Origin: an uncultured Verrucomicrobiales bacterium
Lineage (GTDB): Bacteria; Verrucomicrobiota; Verrucomicrobiia; Verrucomicrobiales; DEV007
Length of the DNA stretch: 64,000 nt
Assembly (NCBI GenBank): GCA_938091905.1
Contig: CALKOM010000117.1
Coordinates: forward strand, 11,844 to 75,843
Reading direction: 5' to 3'
Shown here: piece after piece, positions 28,394 to 38,795 of the stretch
Position numbering within the stretch: the stretch's first letter is position 1
How the letters are laid out: each line of letters opens with the position of its first letter
Position numbers and translations under genes: made by a program
The notes under the pieces: model-generated
Databases searched by the model: none
The model's input: only the letters and a program-made list of their open reading frames with translations
Told to the model about the DNA's origin: nothing

Positions 28394-31165
28394 CTATTGA
28401 GCGTCGCTCCTGCCCAACACGCGGATCAATACAGAACGCGAGGCCTGGCCGCCGTCAGCCTTGGTCCGAAGATGGAAGAGACGCTCACCGGCCGGGACCC
28501 ATGGAGCTGCGGTAATGAAGAATTCCCGCTCAGTCTGCCCCTCAACAATCAGCAGTCCATTTAGACCAATGTTATCCACATAGAGCCCATGAGGCAAATT
28601 GCGCCCCGAGTCTTCATTGCCAAATTCAATCCGCCCACCGAAGTCATGCCGAGTTGCGACCACCTGCGCAGAAATCGTTTCTCCCGGTCGGATGGTCAAC
28701 TCCAACGGCTTGTCTGTTTCCATGACGCCCCCGCTCGTGTCGTTCGGCAAGATCTGCACCGTCACCTTGGCTGAAGGACCTAATTGAATGTTGCCCAAGC
28801 TTCCCAGCTCCTTGGTCAGGACTTGATCTCCTACCATACCTGTCGCCGTGATTTTCACCGCTTTGTCAGCTGTTTCATCAGGAGCGCTCGCTCCTGCATT
28901 CGCCCAAAGGACGCCAATCGCCTCATGCTGCTCAGCTTCAATCACAAGCGGAGTGGTCATGGAATAGCCCTCTGGCAGATTTTCAAACTCAATTGCAATA
29001 GGACCATCGAAACCTTCGTGGCGCTCGACAGCAAAGCGCACTTCCCGCCCACTCCCTGGACTCACCTTGGCATCCTTGCCGCTAATCGAGACTGCAAAGT
29101 CAGGCTGACGATCGCGTAGGGTAATCGTGTAATGATAGTCATCTTCACCTCCAAAGCCTCGCACATCACTCACACGAACCAAATAATCGCCATCCTCTGG
29201 CACTTCAAACCAGAGCTGCGAATCCGAGCCCCAGCGCCTGAGTGGATCGTCATCGTTCTCCCAGTAAAGGGTGTAAACCGGAAGACCGTTTGGAACAACG
29301 TCAGCATCTGGAGCAAGCGGCTCGACAATGTAACAAGGCGCTCCCAAGGGATGGGATAGAGCTGAGGTAAAGAAGTAGCTGTGACGTTTGCCACCGCCTG
29401 GATAGACTTTGAAGCCCGAGTCCGGACCACGAGGATAGAGCCACAACCGCGAAACCTCGCCATTCGCGTATAGGTATTCATTCAGCTCCATTTCCCCCCA
29501 GTTGTGCACCCGGAAATCGCCCGAATCATCCGAGCTCTTGCCGCGAAAAGTGAACCAAGAATCACGTGTTGCTTGCAGCCGCACTTGTTCGATCGGATCT
29601 CCTTCAAGTTCGAGCACCGCAATCTTCGAATCTAACATGGACTTCGAACGTGCCGCATTCACCCCTATGAGCACGGACTGCCCAGCCTGTGCAGAGAAAC
29701 GAAAGTAGTCGACGTCGCTTGGCGACTGGATGTGACCCGCAATTTCCGCTGGCAATGCAAACGTTTCCACCACATTCACTGTATCATTAGGTTCGCGCTC
29801 GGTGTGCTTCCGGATCTCTTCAGTCGATCCTTGTACGACAACCCGCGTACTCTCGGTCTCAGTCGTCTGCCTCAAAGGTTCCTCAGAGTCGATAGCCAAG
29901 GCAATGGCCTGCGTCTCACCATCCATGCGCGCGGCGACGAAGGAAGCGCGGTGCGGAATCGCAGCCAAACTAGTCACGGTGTCTGGCAGCGGCGCTTCGG
30001 CCCGCAGTTCAACAAGATCAGGTAGAGACCAGACTTTCAATGTGCGATCCGCGGCTGCAGAAACGAGATGGTCGCCATCCGGCATACAGAGAAGAGCCGT
30101 GATTCCAGTGTCATGAGCAAACCGTGAATGAATCACCGGATTAATCCCCGGCTCTTTCTGCGAAACGAACCTCCAGAGGTGCAGTCGTTTGTCTGCACCT
30201 GCCGCGACTACGTGGTCGCCATCATTCGTGAAACGCACACTAACTAGTTCCCCTTGCGGCTGGCTCAAAGTATCCAGACGCACGCCATCAGCAACCCGCC
30301 ACAACTTGACGGTCTCATCTGCACTCGCTGATGCCAATGATTTTCCATTGGGATGGAACGCCACGTCAAAGACCGCGCCTTGATGAGCCGTAAGACGGCG
30401 CTGCTGCTTGCCGGACAGAGTGTCCCAAAGATGAATGACATGATCATAGCCAGCAGTCGCAATAGTACTTCCGTCAGGAGAAAACTCAGCATCATAGAGG
30501 ACATCGGAATGCCCACCAAATTCCATGATAAGATCACCTGTCGCGACCTCGTAGAGTTGCGCCACTCCTTTCAAACCCGTGATACCTGTCGCAAGCAGTA
30601 GCGTCTTCCCTTCGCCAGAAAACTGGAGGGCATTGATCTTACCAGGAAGGTCGTTTAACGTGAGCACTGGTGCTTCGGCATTACCATCAAAGACCTCAAC
30701 TTTCCCAAAGTAGCCGCGGGCGTGTGTTTTCCCGTCTGGAGCAAAGGCGAGTGCCGTGATCGGTGCAGGCGCCTCACTCGCCGGAATGCTGGGCACGACA
30801 AGACGGCTGAAGAGGGACTGATCCTCGCTCGGCCCCTTCCCGCCTTCAAGAATCCACGCTTTCAGAGTCGCCAATTCGCCTGCGGGTACCTGAGGCTCAT
30901 CTTTGGGCGGCATCTTCGGCTTGGCATGCCCCTCAATGACCCGAATGAGCCGCGATTTTTCGGCATCGCCAGGCTTAATCGGATCGCCTTTATCGCCACC
31001 TTCGCGAAGACCTGCATAGGTCTCGAGAGAAAACTCACCCTCCATCTCTCGTTCATTATGACAGCCCGCGCAGTAACTGCGAAAGATTGGTGCGATCTCG
31101 GCATCGTAATCGATTGCTGCCATCGTCGTGCTCAGCATGACAACAAGAATGATAGGAATCTTCAT
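28394..31165 (-). CDS. Planctomycete cytochrome c + WD40 repeats + PPC-like domain protein
   Basis: CAGCH, GHSDVLYDAEFSPDG, AHQGAVFDVAFHPNG, EREPND...DVDYFRF. Confidence 0.88.
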   Translation of the reverse strand: MKIPIILVVMLSTTMAAIDYDAEIAPIFRSYCAGCHNEREMEGEFSLETYAGLREGGDKGDPIKPGDAEKSRLIRVIEGHAKPKMPPKDEPQVPAGELATLKAWILEGGKGPSEDQSLFSRLVVPSIPASEAPAPITALAFAPDGKTHARGYFGKVEVFDGNAEAPVLTLNDLPGKINALQFSGEGKTLLLATGITGLKGVAQLYEVATGDLIMEFGGHSDVLYDAEFSPDGSTIATAGYDHVIHLWDTLSGKQQRRLTAHQGAVFDVAFHPNGKSLASASADETVKLWRVADGVRLDTLSQPQGELVSVRFTNDGDHVVAAGADKRLHLWRFVSQKEPGINPVIHSRFAHDTGITALLCMPDGDHLVSAAADRTLKVWSLPDLVELRAEAPLPDTVTSLAAIPHRASFVAARMDGETQAIALAIDSEEPLRQTTETESTRVVVQGSTEEIRKHTEREPNDTVNVVETFALPAEIAGHIQSPSDVDYFRFSAQAGQSVLIGVNAARSKSMLDSKIAVLELEGDPIEQVRLQATRDSWFTFRGKSSDDSGDFRVHNWGEMELNEYLYANGEVSRLWLYPRGPDSGFKVYPGGGKRHSYFFTSALSHPLGAPCYIVEPLAPDADVVPNGLPVYTLYWENDDDPLRRWGSDSQLWFEVPEDGDYLVRVSDVRGFGGEDDYHYTITLRDRQPDFAVSISGKDAKVSPGSGREVRFAVERHEGFDGPIAIEFENLPEGYSMTTPLVIEAEQHEAIGVLWANAGASAPDETADKAVKITATGMVGDQVLTKELGSLGNIQLGPSAKVTVQILPNDTSGGVMETDKPLELTIRPGETISAQVVATRHDFGGRIEFGNEDSGRNLPHGLYVDNIGLNGLLIVEGQTEREFFITAAPWVPAGERLFHLRTKADGGQASRSVLIRVLGRSDAQ

Positions 31166-31225
31166 GAGGTATCGGAAGGGTAGTGAGAGCTTCCAGCCCT
31201 CGACCTAGGCTACATTAGCATTATT

Positions 31226-33442
31226 CTAGTGTTGGAAAAGGAACTCGCGACTCGTCAGCAACGCCCAGAAGAGATCTTCTAAGCCTACACGCAGCTCGTC
31301 TTCAGGGAGCTCCGTTAAAATCTCTGTGTAGGCAGCTGTTTCCTTCTCTGTCGGCGGTCGGCTGAGACAGATAAAGAACGCTTCTTCCACGAGGCCCGAT
31401 AGCGAGCCTTCATTGGCGATCAAACGACTCACTCGGCTCGCTTTGGCAGCGAGCTTGTCATTCACCGTGCTTCCGTTAGACAAATGAAGCACCTGAACCA
31501 AACTCGGCTGATTCGAACGCTCGCACTCACACGTGATTTGGCGTTGATTTCGACCGAACGTCTTGAGGAAATAGGACTTCACCGCCGAATCGTAAAGTTG
31601 CAACGCACGCGTGCCTTCTTCATAGAACGCTGTCTTCTGCGTCGAACCGTCGTTGAGCAAGACCTCGGTAAAGCGATCTCGCATGTCAGTCACATCAGCG
31701 ATGGCGTCCTGCAATACTTCGGCCATGAACCGCCTGGGATAGTGCCGCGCATAGAACTTGGTATCACCTTCATTCTCAGGAAGCACTTTACCACTGCGTT
31801 GATAGGCAGCCGATGAAAGAATGAGCCGCATCAGTTGGCGGAGATCGTAGTCACTTTGGATCGTGAACTCCGATAAAGCGTCTAGCAAAGCTTCATTACT
31901 CGGCGGGTTCGACGCCCGCAAATCATCGATCGATTCGACGAGCCCCAGCCCCATGAAGTTTGCCCAAACACGATTGACAATGGCAGGCGTGAAGTACGGA
32001 TTATCAGACGCCGTCAACCACTCAGCGAGAACCTCGCGGCGATCACGTTGATCGTCCGGCGCCATGGGCGGCGCATCCAGCGGGGCTGGCGGTTGCGGCT
32101 TACCTGTGCGCGGTTGAATCAAATCCCCCCGATTTGAAACATAGATCGTGCGCTCGCCATCCCCATTGCGAGAATCTCCTCCCCACCCCTTCGCGCGGAC
32201 CCGGGAGAACAAATTTGCAAAGGCGTAATACTGATCATTCGTCCATTTCTCGAGCGGGTGGTTGTGGCATTTGGCACAACCGATAGACAGAGAGAGGAAA
32301 GCTTGGCTCACGTTCTCGGCCATGGATTCAGGATCCTGATGCACGGCAAAGAAGTTCGTCGCCCCTTCTTTAGTCGACGAACCTTTCGCAGTGACCAATT
32401 GCGTGGCCATCTCATCCCAAGGCGTGTTCTTCGCCACATTGGTGCGCAGCCAATTGTAATAAGACTCCACCGCTGCCGGACGAAGTTTGCCACCGTTCAC
32501 GAGAAAGACATCCGCCCATTTGTAAGTCCAGTAGTCAACAAACTCCGGCCGATTCAGCAGTCGATCGATCAGCTTGATATACTTGTCAGGAGACGTCTCG
32601 GCAAGGTAGTCACGGACCTCTTCCGGCGTTGGTAAGATCCCCAAGGTATCGAGGAAGGCCCGGCGTATCAATGTCGCTTCTTCAGCCCGCGGCGATGGCG
32701 CGAGCCGCAATCGCTGCAGCTTTGCCAGGACATGGGTATCGATGAAATTGTGACGCGTGGACTGCGCATACGTTTCTTCAAAAATGTCGTTTGGAAACGG
32801 AGAAGTGATCTTGGCAGTGACAATCTGCGAAGAGAACCACGCATTAACAGAGCCTTCCCCGTGACCAATCAGTTCGACCTTCCCATGAGCATCCACACTC
32901 GCCACCGTCTCATCCGTGGAAGTAAATTTCGCCCATGGCGTCACGTCGCGCGTTTTTCCATCACTGTAGGTCGCCTCCACCTTCAGTGTCTGCGTGTCAC
33001 CGAGGCCAGCAGAACTCTCTTTCGGAGAGATACTCAGCTCAACCAACGTTGGATCGTCTTCTTTCGGTCCTGGAGCACCAGCCGCAATCCAACGAGCAAT
33101 CGTCTCATAGTCAGAAGAACCCGTCTCCAAGCGCTTGCCCCCCTTGTGAGCCACCGCCGTGGTCGGCTTCATCAAGAATAAACTCCGACCTGGATCCGCC
33201 AGCTCAATGCGACGCCCACGAGCTTCACGCGTAACCGTCAGAAAGTCAGCATCGGGATCGTAGCCAAAGAGCGACAAGCGAAAACCTCCTTTGCCCGCCA
33301 AAGAACCGTGACAGCCACCACCATTACAGTTTGCCTTTGAAATGATTGGTAAGACGTCGTTGCGGAACGAGGGCACCTCATCGGCTCGCCCCGAAAACGT
33401 TCCGAATATCAACGCACCAAGAAATAAGAAATCGAACCGCAT
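31226..33442 (-). CDS. DUF1549/DUF1553 protein with Ig-like (Big_2) domain
   Basis: CNGGGCHG..AGKGGFRLSLFG, CAKCHNHP, CECER, EDLFWALLTSREFLFQH. Confidence 0.92.
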   Translation of the reverse strand: MRFDFLFLGALIFGTFSGRADEVPSFRNDVLPIISKANCNGGGCHGSLAGKGGFRLSLFGYDPDADFLTVTREARGRRIELADPGRSLFLMKPTTAVAHKGGKRLETGSSDYETIARWIAAGAPGPKEDDPTLVELSISPKESSAGLGDTQTLKVEATYSDGKTRDVTPWAKFTSTDETVASVDAHGKVELIGHGEGSVNAWFSSQIVTAKITSPFPNDIFEETYAQSTRHNFIDTHVLAKLQRLRLAPSPRAEEATLIRRAFLDTLGILPTPEEVRDYLAETSPDKYIKLIDRLLNRPEFVDYWTYKWADVFLVNGGKLRPAAVESYYNWLRTNVAKNTPWDEMATQLVTAKGSSTKEGATNFFAVHQDPESMAENVSQAFLSLSIGCAKCHNHPLEKWTNDQYYAFANLFSRVRAKGWGGDSRNGDGERTIYVSNRGDLIQPRTGKPQPPAPLDAPPMAPDDQRDRREVLAEWLTASDNPYFTPAIVNRVWANFMGLGLVESIDDLRASNPPSNEALLDALSEFTIQSDYDLRQLMRLILSSAAYQRSGKVLPENEGDTKFYARHYPRRFMAEVLQDAIADVTDMRDRFTEVLLNDGSTQKTAFYEEGTRALQLYDSAVKSYFLKTFGRNQRQITCECERSNQPSLVQVLHLSNGSTVNDKLAAKASRVSRLIANEGSLSGLVEEAFFICLSRPPTEKETAAYTEILTELPEDELRVGLEDLFWALLTSREFLFQH

Positions 33443-33449
33443 GAGCTTG

Positions 33450-34841
33450 TTAGGCGAAGAGTTCATGAATCGGAGCCGTTCCTAAATCAGTGAGAGGAAA
33501 CGGACGCCCACCTGGTCCTTCCAAATGACTTTCGTGATCGAACCCAAGGCTCTTGAAGATCGTCCCCACAATGTCACCTGGACCAACAGGCCGTTCCGCA
33601 GGGAAGCCACCAATGGGATCACTCGCTCCAATGACACGCCCGCCCTGCACACCACCTCCCGCGAAATAAGAGGTAAAACACTGCGGCCAGTGGTCTCGGC
33701 CGCCCGCCGGATTAACCTTTGGCGTGCGCCCAAACTCTGACAAATTTGCGACCAAGGTATTATCGAGCATTCCTCGATCGTGAAGATCATCAATCAATGC
33801 ACTATAGGCCTGATCATACATCGGACAGACATCCTTCTTCATCCCTTCAATCGATGTGAAGGGCTTCGACCCGTGAATATCCCAGGTAATCTCATCGAAG
33901 ACGGTTAGAAACGTATTGATCGTAATAAAACGAACCCCATTCTCGACCAAGCGCCGAGCTAGCAAGCAACACTGCCCAAAACGATTCATACCATACCGCT
34001 CGCGCACCGATTGCTTCTCCTTAGACAAATCAAATGCAGAACGCGCCTGCTCACTTGTCATCATCCGAAAAGCCGCTTGGAAATTCTCATCCAACAAACG
34101 CGCGTCTTCACTCGCCTCAAAGTCGGACACCGTCTGTTCGACAATCTCACGCATCTTTCGACGACGACTCAACCGGTGCGCCCCAATCTGATCTGGAGGC
34201 AAGAGATCCGGCACTTTGAAATTCGCCGTGGAGGGGTCCGCCATCAACGCGAAGGGATCTAACGCCTTCCCAAGAAAGCCCCCCGCTTGCCCGTTGGGTA
34301 GATTTCCACCACCGCGGCCCATCAATTCTGGCAGAACCACGAACGGCGGAAGATCTGATTTCCTTCCCATGAGATGCGCCGCAACGGCTCCCGCATGCGG
34401 CGTGTGAACACCACCCGTAAATCGGCGCCCCGTCTGCATCATCTGCCAACCAGCATCATGCACCGCAGCCCCCTCATGATGACAGGAACGCACAAGCGAG
34501 AACTTGTCGGCTATCTTTGCGTGCATCGGCAACAGCTCGGAGATTTCAAAGGCATCCGTCTTCGTCCGGATCGGCTTGAAAGGGCCACGAATCTCACGCG
34601 GCGCTTCCGGCTTCATGTCCCACAGATCGATGTGACTCGGCCCACCGAGATTGAAGATCATAATACAGGCTTTCTCGTCGTTACCCGGTGTTACCGCACC
34701 AACCTGCTTCGCCGCGAGGTACTGTGGCAAAGAAAGGCCCACGGCAGACAGCGCGCCGATCTGAAGAAATTCACGGCGAGATTGGCCGCGACCACAAAGA
34801 CGGGCACGATCATGGGGACCTTCGGCTAGGAAATCAAACAT
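33450..34841 (-). CDS. DUF1501 domain-containing protein
   Basis: SRREFLQIG, GGPSHIDLWDMKP, EFGRTPKVN..GGRDHW. Confidence 0.92.
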   Translation of the reverse strand: MFDFLAEGPHDRARLCGRGQSRREFLQIGALSAVGLSLPQYLAAKQVGAVTPGNDEKACIMIFNLGGPSHIDLWDMKPEAPREIRGPFKPIRTKTDAFEISELLPMHAKIADKFSLVRSCHHEGAAVHDAGWQMMQTGRRFTGGVHTPHAGAVAAHLMGRKSDLPPFVVLPELMGRGGGNLPNGQAGGFLGKALDPFALMADPSTANFKVPDLLPPDQIGAHRLSRRRKMREIVEQTVSDFEASEDARLLDENFQAAFRMMTSEQARSAFDLSKEKQSVRERYGMNRFGQCCLLARRLVENGVRFITINTFLTVFDEITWDIHGSKPFTSIEGMKKDVCPMYDQAYSALIDDLHDRGMLDNTLVANLSEFGRTPKVNPAGGRDHWPQCFTSYFAGGGVQGGRVIGASDPIGGFPAERPVGPGDIVGTIFKSLGFDHESHLEGPGGRPFPLTDLGTAPIHELFA

Positions 34842-34874
34842 GTTAGATCATTGCGTGGCACGCTGAATTGCGCC

Positions 34875-34903
34875 TTGAGGAATGCCGCATCTATTTGTAA
34901 AAT
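34875..34903 (+). promoter_or_regulatory. Putative sigma70 promoter of the AraC gene (probably leaderless mRNA)
   Basis: TTGAGG (34875) - 17 nt - TAAAAT (34898), with the ATG 6 nt downstream and no room for a Shine-Dalgarno. Confidence 0.45.
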
Positions 34904-34909
34904 CAACGC

Positions 34910-35653
34910 ATGGGCAACTCCACTGATCTCAGCTCTTGGTTCGTCGAAGGGAGCAAGACAGCCCAGCTGATCCAGCTGTTTGAGTACCTGCCCAGGGCCT
35001 ATGTCTACTTCAAGGATGTCGATGGCGCCTTCGTTTACGGAAACAAAAGCTGGATGCAGCTCCACGGGTGCCTGCACCAAGAGGACTTCATTGGGAAAAC
35101 CGACTTCGACTTTCATCCTCCCGCCATGGCTGCCCAGTATGTCGATGAAGACCAGCGGGTGATGGAAAACGGCGAGGTCCTGCCCGACCAAGTCTGGCTT
35201 GTAAGAGGTATCGACTACATGCCGCGCTGGTATGTCAGCACCAAACTCCCACTAGTCGACGAGAATAATGTGCTCGTGGGCGTCGGCGGTATCATGCGCC
35301 CCTACGAACATGCAGGTTCAGCACCTTCCGACTATCATCGTCTCACTCCTGTCATGGAGCACGTGCTCGCGCATCATCGGGAACGACTCACGGTGGCAGA
35401 ACTGGCAGGAATGGCTAATCTGTCAGTGAGTCAACTTCAGCGTGAGTTTCGTCGCCTCTTCAACATGAGCCCTGGAGACTACCTCATCCGCGTACGCCTT
35501 CTCGTCGCCCGCCGACAGTTAGAAGAAACGCACCTCCCCGTTGGAGAAATCGCGCTTGACTGCGGCTTCTACGATCAAAGCCACTTCAATCGCGCCTTCC
35601 GACAACAGGTCGGCCTAACTCCCCGCGCCTACCGCAAGCGCTTCATGCGCTAA
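34910..35653 (+). CDS. AraC-family transcriptional regulator with N-terminal PAS domain
   Basis: FKDVDG...IGKTDFDFHP (PAS_4-like); HTH with IALDCGFYDQSHFNRAF..VGLTPRAYR; divergent from the DUF1501 operon. Confidence 0.92.
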   Translation: MGNSTDLSSWFVEGSKTAQLIQLFEYLPRAYVYFKDVDGAFVYGNKSWMQLHGCLHQEDFIGKTDFDFHPPAMAAQYVDEDQRVMENGEVLPDQVWLVRGIDYMPRWYVSTKLPLVDENNVLVGVGGIMRPYEHAGSAPSDYHRLTPVMEHVLAHHRERLTVAELAGMANLSVSQLQREFRRLFNMSPGDYLIRVRLLVARRQLEETHLPVGEIALDCGFYDQSHFNRAFRQQVGLTPRAYRKRFMR

Positions 35654-35690
35654 AGATTGCCGACTTCAGCACATCCTCAAAAGTTGCCGC

Positions 35691-36907
35691 ATGCGATCGC
35701 TCGTCTTAGTCTTCTTTCTCATCAGTACGCTTGAGGCTCAGGTCGCAGACACCAAGATATTGATCGACGGCGGTTTCGATACAGAAGGCATCGACGTTGA
35801 ACTCACCACAGCGACGGAAGAGACCTTCATCGTCTACACCGGCGATGGCGCCTTACGACTCAAATCGAAGCAAGCGGCTATGACGCTCGCGGAGCCTTCG
35901 TCCATCTCTATATCAATGAGCTCTATTGAGGACTCTACAACGTCACGGAACGGTTGGATCGCTGGTTCTCTACGGAGAACTTTGGAGGCGACGCCGACGA
36001 ATGGTTTGCCCTCAGTCACGGTGGCGACCAGCGCGGAAACAAGGACTGCTATAGCACTCCGTTAGGTGATGCGGAGGAGGATCTCAGCGATCCAGACAAC
36101 TAGCAGGCGATCGCTGACAAACTCGACGTTTCGGGCATGATCGACTACCTGTTGATCACTTGGTATCTCAATGTCACCGACTGGCCGAACAACAACTGGT
36201 AGGCCAGTATGCTTCGAGTCCGCGAGATCATGTATTACCCGGCAGCCCTCACCGAAGAGGAGATCGAAGCTAGCTTTACCAATGACGATGACTTTGAATA
36301 CCTTATCCTAACAAGCCCAACGGACAAAGCAATCGTACTCAAAGGAATTCGGTTCACCGATGGCATTCCATTCACGGTCGAAGACGAAACTCCATTGGCT
36401 CCCGGCAGACACGCCGTCATCGTTCGCAATGCCGAGGCCTTTGCGCACCGCTACGGCTCTCCACTCCGTGTCCTGGGAACCTACTCACAAGCGCTTAGCA
36501 ATGGCGGCGAGCGCCTGGCAGTAGTCGGTGCCTTTGACGAACCCATCCTCGAATTCAGCTATAGGGACGACTGCCAGGAGGCCACGAATGGCGATGGAAG
36601 CGCGCTCTTACTCACAAACCTCAATGCTCCAGACACTGCAGAGAACTGGCAGGTCACGGCCCCCTTTCAGATCAGGCCAGCACCAAATCGTCCTCGTCTC
36701 TCTATACATCAGGAATCCGAAACGGCATTCATACTCATTCTAGATGCTCAGTCCACCTCAACCTATCTACTCGAAACCTCTTCAGACCTGGATCAATGGA
36801 CCATTGACCGCCAGATGACTGCGACCGAACAGGCCACGGCCACAACCACTGTCACTGTAGGCATTGAAGAAACGCAGTTCTATCGGGTCAGACTCATCAC
36901 CCAATAA
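35691..36907 (+). pseudogene. Degraded CotH-kinase / lamin-tail-domain surface protein
   Basis: Signal-peptide start, then a frameshift into FVHLYINELY*GLYNVTER...*...DYLLITWYLNVTDWPNNNW* (stops at 35927, 36101, 36200), followed in frame by an LTD-like part (EIMYYP, LSNGGE) and a C-terminal FYRV. Confidence 0.75.
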
Positions 36908-36959
36908 CGATTCTGCTCGCTAACATTCTTCATAGGGCCTACTACCTTTGATCAAATCA

Positions 36960-37847
36960 ATGAAACGACTGCTCCTTCTCCCTTGCTTCCTGCTACTCTC
37001 ACAGTGCAGCACGCCAACCGCGCAATCACAGAAGCCTAGCCATCGTCCAGCGCCGTCCACATCACGCATGACGGAGGTCATCAATGTCTCCTCCTACGAC
37101 CCCAAAGAACGCCTTCGCTCGGGGCGCAGTTACTCCACGCGCGACGTCTCTGCCCTCAAAGCAAACGGTGCTAGCGCCCTTATTGCTAGAGCAGGCAAGG
37201 GCGGCAAACTGGATTCCAAATGCACCTCGTTTCTTTCATCAGCCGATCGTGTCGGCATGCTACCCGGCGTCTACTACCGCGTACAACGCCACGTCTCGCC
37301 TGAGAAACAAGCCGATCAATTTGTCGCCAAAGCCAGAGCCTTGAAAACCAGCCGTTCTTGGAACGCCCCGGCCCTCTTGCTTTGCGGTGATTATGATGGC
37401 GATCTCAAGCTCTCCGCCATTCTCCGCTTCATGGATCGTGTCGAAGCAAAGACCGGCATCGTGCCCGTCGCCTACTTGGAAAACAGCCCCGAACTCAAAC
37501 TGCAGACCCGCGCTGCCGATGCCAAGACCCGCGCACGTTTGACCCGCGCCCCATACTGGCTAGCGCTTTACTCACACACGAGCGGCGATGGCCCTCACTT
37601 TCCAGCTCCGGGAAATCCTCGTAATCTCGTCAAACAGTACAGCATGTGGTCTGATTGGTCACTCTGGCAATACGGTGGCGTGTCTTGGGAAAACGGCGGT
37701 TCGAAGCCCAAGGTCTACAACCATAGCCGCTACCGTTTCCCCCGATTCTTTGGAAACATGGATCGCCCACTTGAACGAAACGTCTTCCGAGGCTCTCCTA
37801 CCCAGCTTACCGCATTCTGGCAACGTCATGGAATAGCATTACGTTAG
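36960..37847 (+). CDS. GH25 lysozyme-like exported protein / lipoprotein
   Basis: VINVSSYD, GVYYR...QADQFV, YWLALY, WSLWQY motifs typical of GH25; possible lipobox LSQC. Confidence 0.65.
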   Translation: MKRLLLLPCFLLLSQCSTPTAQSQKPSHRPAPSTSRMTEVINVSSYDPKERLRSGRSYSTRDVSALKANGASALIARAGKGGKLDSKCTSFLSSADRVGMLPGVYYRVQRHVSPEKQADQFVAKARALKTSRSWNAPALLLCGDYDGDLKLSAILRFMDRVEAKTGIVPVAYLENSPELKLQTRAADAKTRARLTRAPYWLALYSHTSGDGPHFPAPGNPRNLVKQYSMWSDWSLWQYGGVSWENGGSKPKVYNHSRYRFPRFFGNMDRPLERNVFRGSPTQLTAFWQRHGIALR

Positions 37848-37860
37848 AAATTTCCTCTGC

Positions 37861-38688
37861 TCAAGAGGCCATTAGCTGGCGCAGATAATCTGCTGTCGCT
37901 CGCGCTGACCTCAAGGCATCGCCCGATTCAGGTGCAGACTGATGCACCGTAATCGTCCCATCATAACCGATACTCCGAAGCCCTTCGAACACCGCGGGAA
38001 AGTCAATCCCTCCGGCCTCATGGATCTGCAACAAATCGAAGGCAACCGGGCCACAGGTCCAGCTGTCCAGTGAGATCGCACCGCCTTCGTGAATACGCTG
38101 ATTCTGAAAATAGACGTTATCAATCCACGGCCCCAAACGTTTGACCGATTCTAATCCGTAAGCTTGCCCACACTGCTCCATGTTTGCGGGTTCATAGATA
38201 AGGCGAAAGTTAGGACGATCGATGGCATTCAACGTCTCTACCATGCCATCGACGGTTTCAAAGAGACTCAGATGATGGCACTGATGAAGCAACGTCAGTC
38301 CGCGTTCAGCAGCTTCGTCTGCCGAGCGCTGCGCGAAGGGAATGTCATCTGAATGCTTAAGAGCCACACGAATACGCTGAGTGCTTAAAGCTTCGGCTAG
38401 GTCCAAATAAGGACGAATCTCACGCAGGCTGTCAGGACCACGCTCATTGTTGTAAACGGTGGGAAAGTCTCCCGTCAGCATGCTCACGGGCATATCATGT
38501 TCCGATAGGATTCTTTGCGCCTCGCGCACATCGTCTGGTGCCGATTGCACGCCAATCTGCGATGCCCGCATACAAATCGCTTCATAGCCAGCCTCCACAG
38601 CAAGTGAGCAAACACCGTCAAGCGGCATCGTAGGCTCCTCCTTAGAGAGAAACCCTTCGGCAATTCTGACAGATAGTGAGAGGCGCAT
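37861..38688 (-). CDS. Sugar phosphate isomerase/epimerase (xylose-isomerase-like TIM barrel)
   Basis: AGYEAI, YEPAN, GGIDFPAVFEGLRSIGYDG; start trimmed to MRLSLSVRIAE. Confidence 0.8.
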   Translation of the reverse strand: MRLSLSVRIAEGFLSKEEPTMPLDGVCSLAVEAGYEAICMRASQIGVQSAPDDVREAQRILSEHDMPVSMLTGDFPTVYNNERGPDSLREIRPYLDLAEALSTQRIRVALKHSDDIPFAQRSADEAAERGLTLLHQCHHLSLFETVDGMVETLNAIDRPNFRLIYEPANMEQCGQAYGLESVKRLGPWIDNVYFQNQRIHEGGAISLDSWTCGPVAFDLLQIHEAGGIDFPAVFEGLRSIGYDGTITVHQSAPESGDALRSARATADYLRQLMAS

Positions 38689-38795
38689 GACGCAAATCTG
38701 TGCCAGCGTCGCCGTATAAATCAAGCTCTCCACGCAGACAATTTCCTAGCTTTAAACTTGGCTCTCAGCCTTCGCCAGCACAGCCTGAAAATATA

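Noticed and set aside
7859..35929. Genome-wide UGA=Trp recoding, suggested by TGA at Trp-like positions in the ankyrin and CotH genes
   Set aside because: Many intact genes here end in TGA with ATGA overlaps, Trp is encoded by TGG throughout, and the CotH remnant also has TAG stops and a frameshift.
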